DNA of 64,000 bases from Carcharhinus amblyrhynchos (Eukaryota), in assembly GCA_965287045.1 (NCBI GenBank), contig OZ336881.1, positions 54,498,001-54,562,000 on the forward strand, written 5' to 3'. This document shows, piece by piece, positions 63,047 through 64,000 of this stretch. Every line of letters begins with the position of its first letter. The first letter of the stretch is position 1. The notes beneath the pieces are model-generated. The model ran no database searches and was not told where the DNA came from. It was given only the letters and a program-made list of their open reading frames with translations. Position numbers and translations under genes: made by a program.

Positions 63047-64000
63047 GGGTTGGATTTTATGGGGTGCCCTGGCAAATTGGAGAGGCCTACCTACAATCCT
63101 GATAGCTACTGTGCAGGAATTTAGTGCTAGGAGCAGTGTCAATTACTTTAAGTCACCCCTTTACTGGGAGGAAATCCTCCAGTAGTGGCTGCTGCTGGAA
63201 ATATAGGCAGTCCTGTCACAGAGAGGAGTCTAGGGTCAGAGGTCTCACTGAAGCTTGTTAGCCTCTTGGGGTTGGGGGTTGGATTCAAGAGACAGCGGGG
63301 GGAGATAAAGAGGCGGATGACCTTTGTTGAGGGCGGGCGCGTGTGTAACCTCCGATAGGCCCAGGAGGTCCACCCCCAGTTGCCCAACACCAGCCCACTG
63401 TGCTGAAGTTGCCAGTCTTCCCACATGGCACATATCTCCCTCCACTACTGGTAAGATATCAGCAGTGGTGGGGTGAGGCCCTTAAGCAGGCATTGGTTGG
63501 TCACTTCAGGGCCTCAATGGACCCAAGAGTGGACAGGGGGTCCAGTGCCTCCCTTACCTCTCTAAAATTTCAGACCTGTCGGCAATGGAGAAAAGGCCAC
63601 CTTTTTTCAGGTCTTCTGGTGCAGAGTTGTTGACAACCAAAGTCCAGGACTGTGTACTGAGGGAACGCACTACAGGGCAACCTTTGACTGCCTCCTGCAG
63701 GCAGGGAGGGCCTTTAGGCTTGCCAGGCGGGCTGACACTCTGACCTGCGGCAGGGTGCCAGCCTCCAGGCAGCTGATCTGCCCCTGACATGTTGGGAAGC
63801 AGGAAACTGGGAAATCCCAGTCAGCCTCCTTAAAGTGTGCCCAACAAGACTGAGCCTAATGAACCTAATTCCCACCCTGCCTCATGGAAGTGGATGGTCT
63901 TCCCAGGCGCCATGCCCACATTAGCCAAAATGATGTCGGGAATGAGATCAGGATATCAGCATGCTGGCTGGCCTTAGAAGTTTTGCGCCCCATCGTTTCC
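63047..64000. mobile_element. GC-rich MITE/DNA-transposon-like element (probably runs off the window)
   Basis: Starts gggttggattttat, like the other Harbinger-type ends; abrupt GC increase; the other end is not visible. Confidence 0.35.

Noticed and set aside
1-64000. Prokaryotic systems (CRISPR, operons, retrons)
   Set aside because: The sequence is a spliced vertebrate locus; no regularly spaced repeat-spacer array or operon structure is present.

Overview
Eukaryotic vertebrate DNA, most likely from a shark (inferred from HE1/V-SINE, Deu-SINE and CR1/HER1-type repeats). It carries two + strand genes in the same order as the human RRP15-TGFB2 locus. RRP15 is complete: 5 coding exons at 1917-29149, phase-consistent, 735 nt / 244 aa. 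Only the 5' part of TGFB2 is present: promoter ~31350-31435, exon 1 CDS 32220-32565 and exon 2 58363-58526; later exons lie beyond the window. Introns are dense with transposons: V-SINEs with two alternative tails, CR1, L2, Rex1/Babar and RTE LINEs, Deu- and LF-type SINE relics, Harbinger-like MITEs and Penelope-derived pieces. A ~9 kb CpG-rich, almost transposon-free block surrounds the RRP15 3' end and TGFB2 promoter. The main points of interest are: tiny Penelope-derived inserts with hammerhead-ribozyme motifs, fold-back structure and 13-16 bp target-site duplications; a CRE/E-box/TATA/start-site TGFB2 core promoter that appears conserved with human; three micro-uORFs in the TGFB2 leader; inverted young LINEs bracketing RRP15 exon 2; a 251-bp intronic duplication next to RRP15 exon 3; and a SINE tail matching a Rex1 LINE end. 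Repeat family names and human comparisons come from recall and were not database-checked. Most ORFs in the supplied track are spurious.
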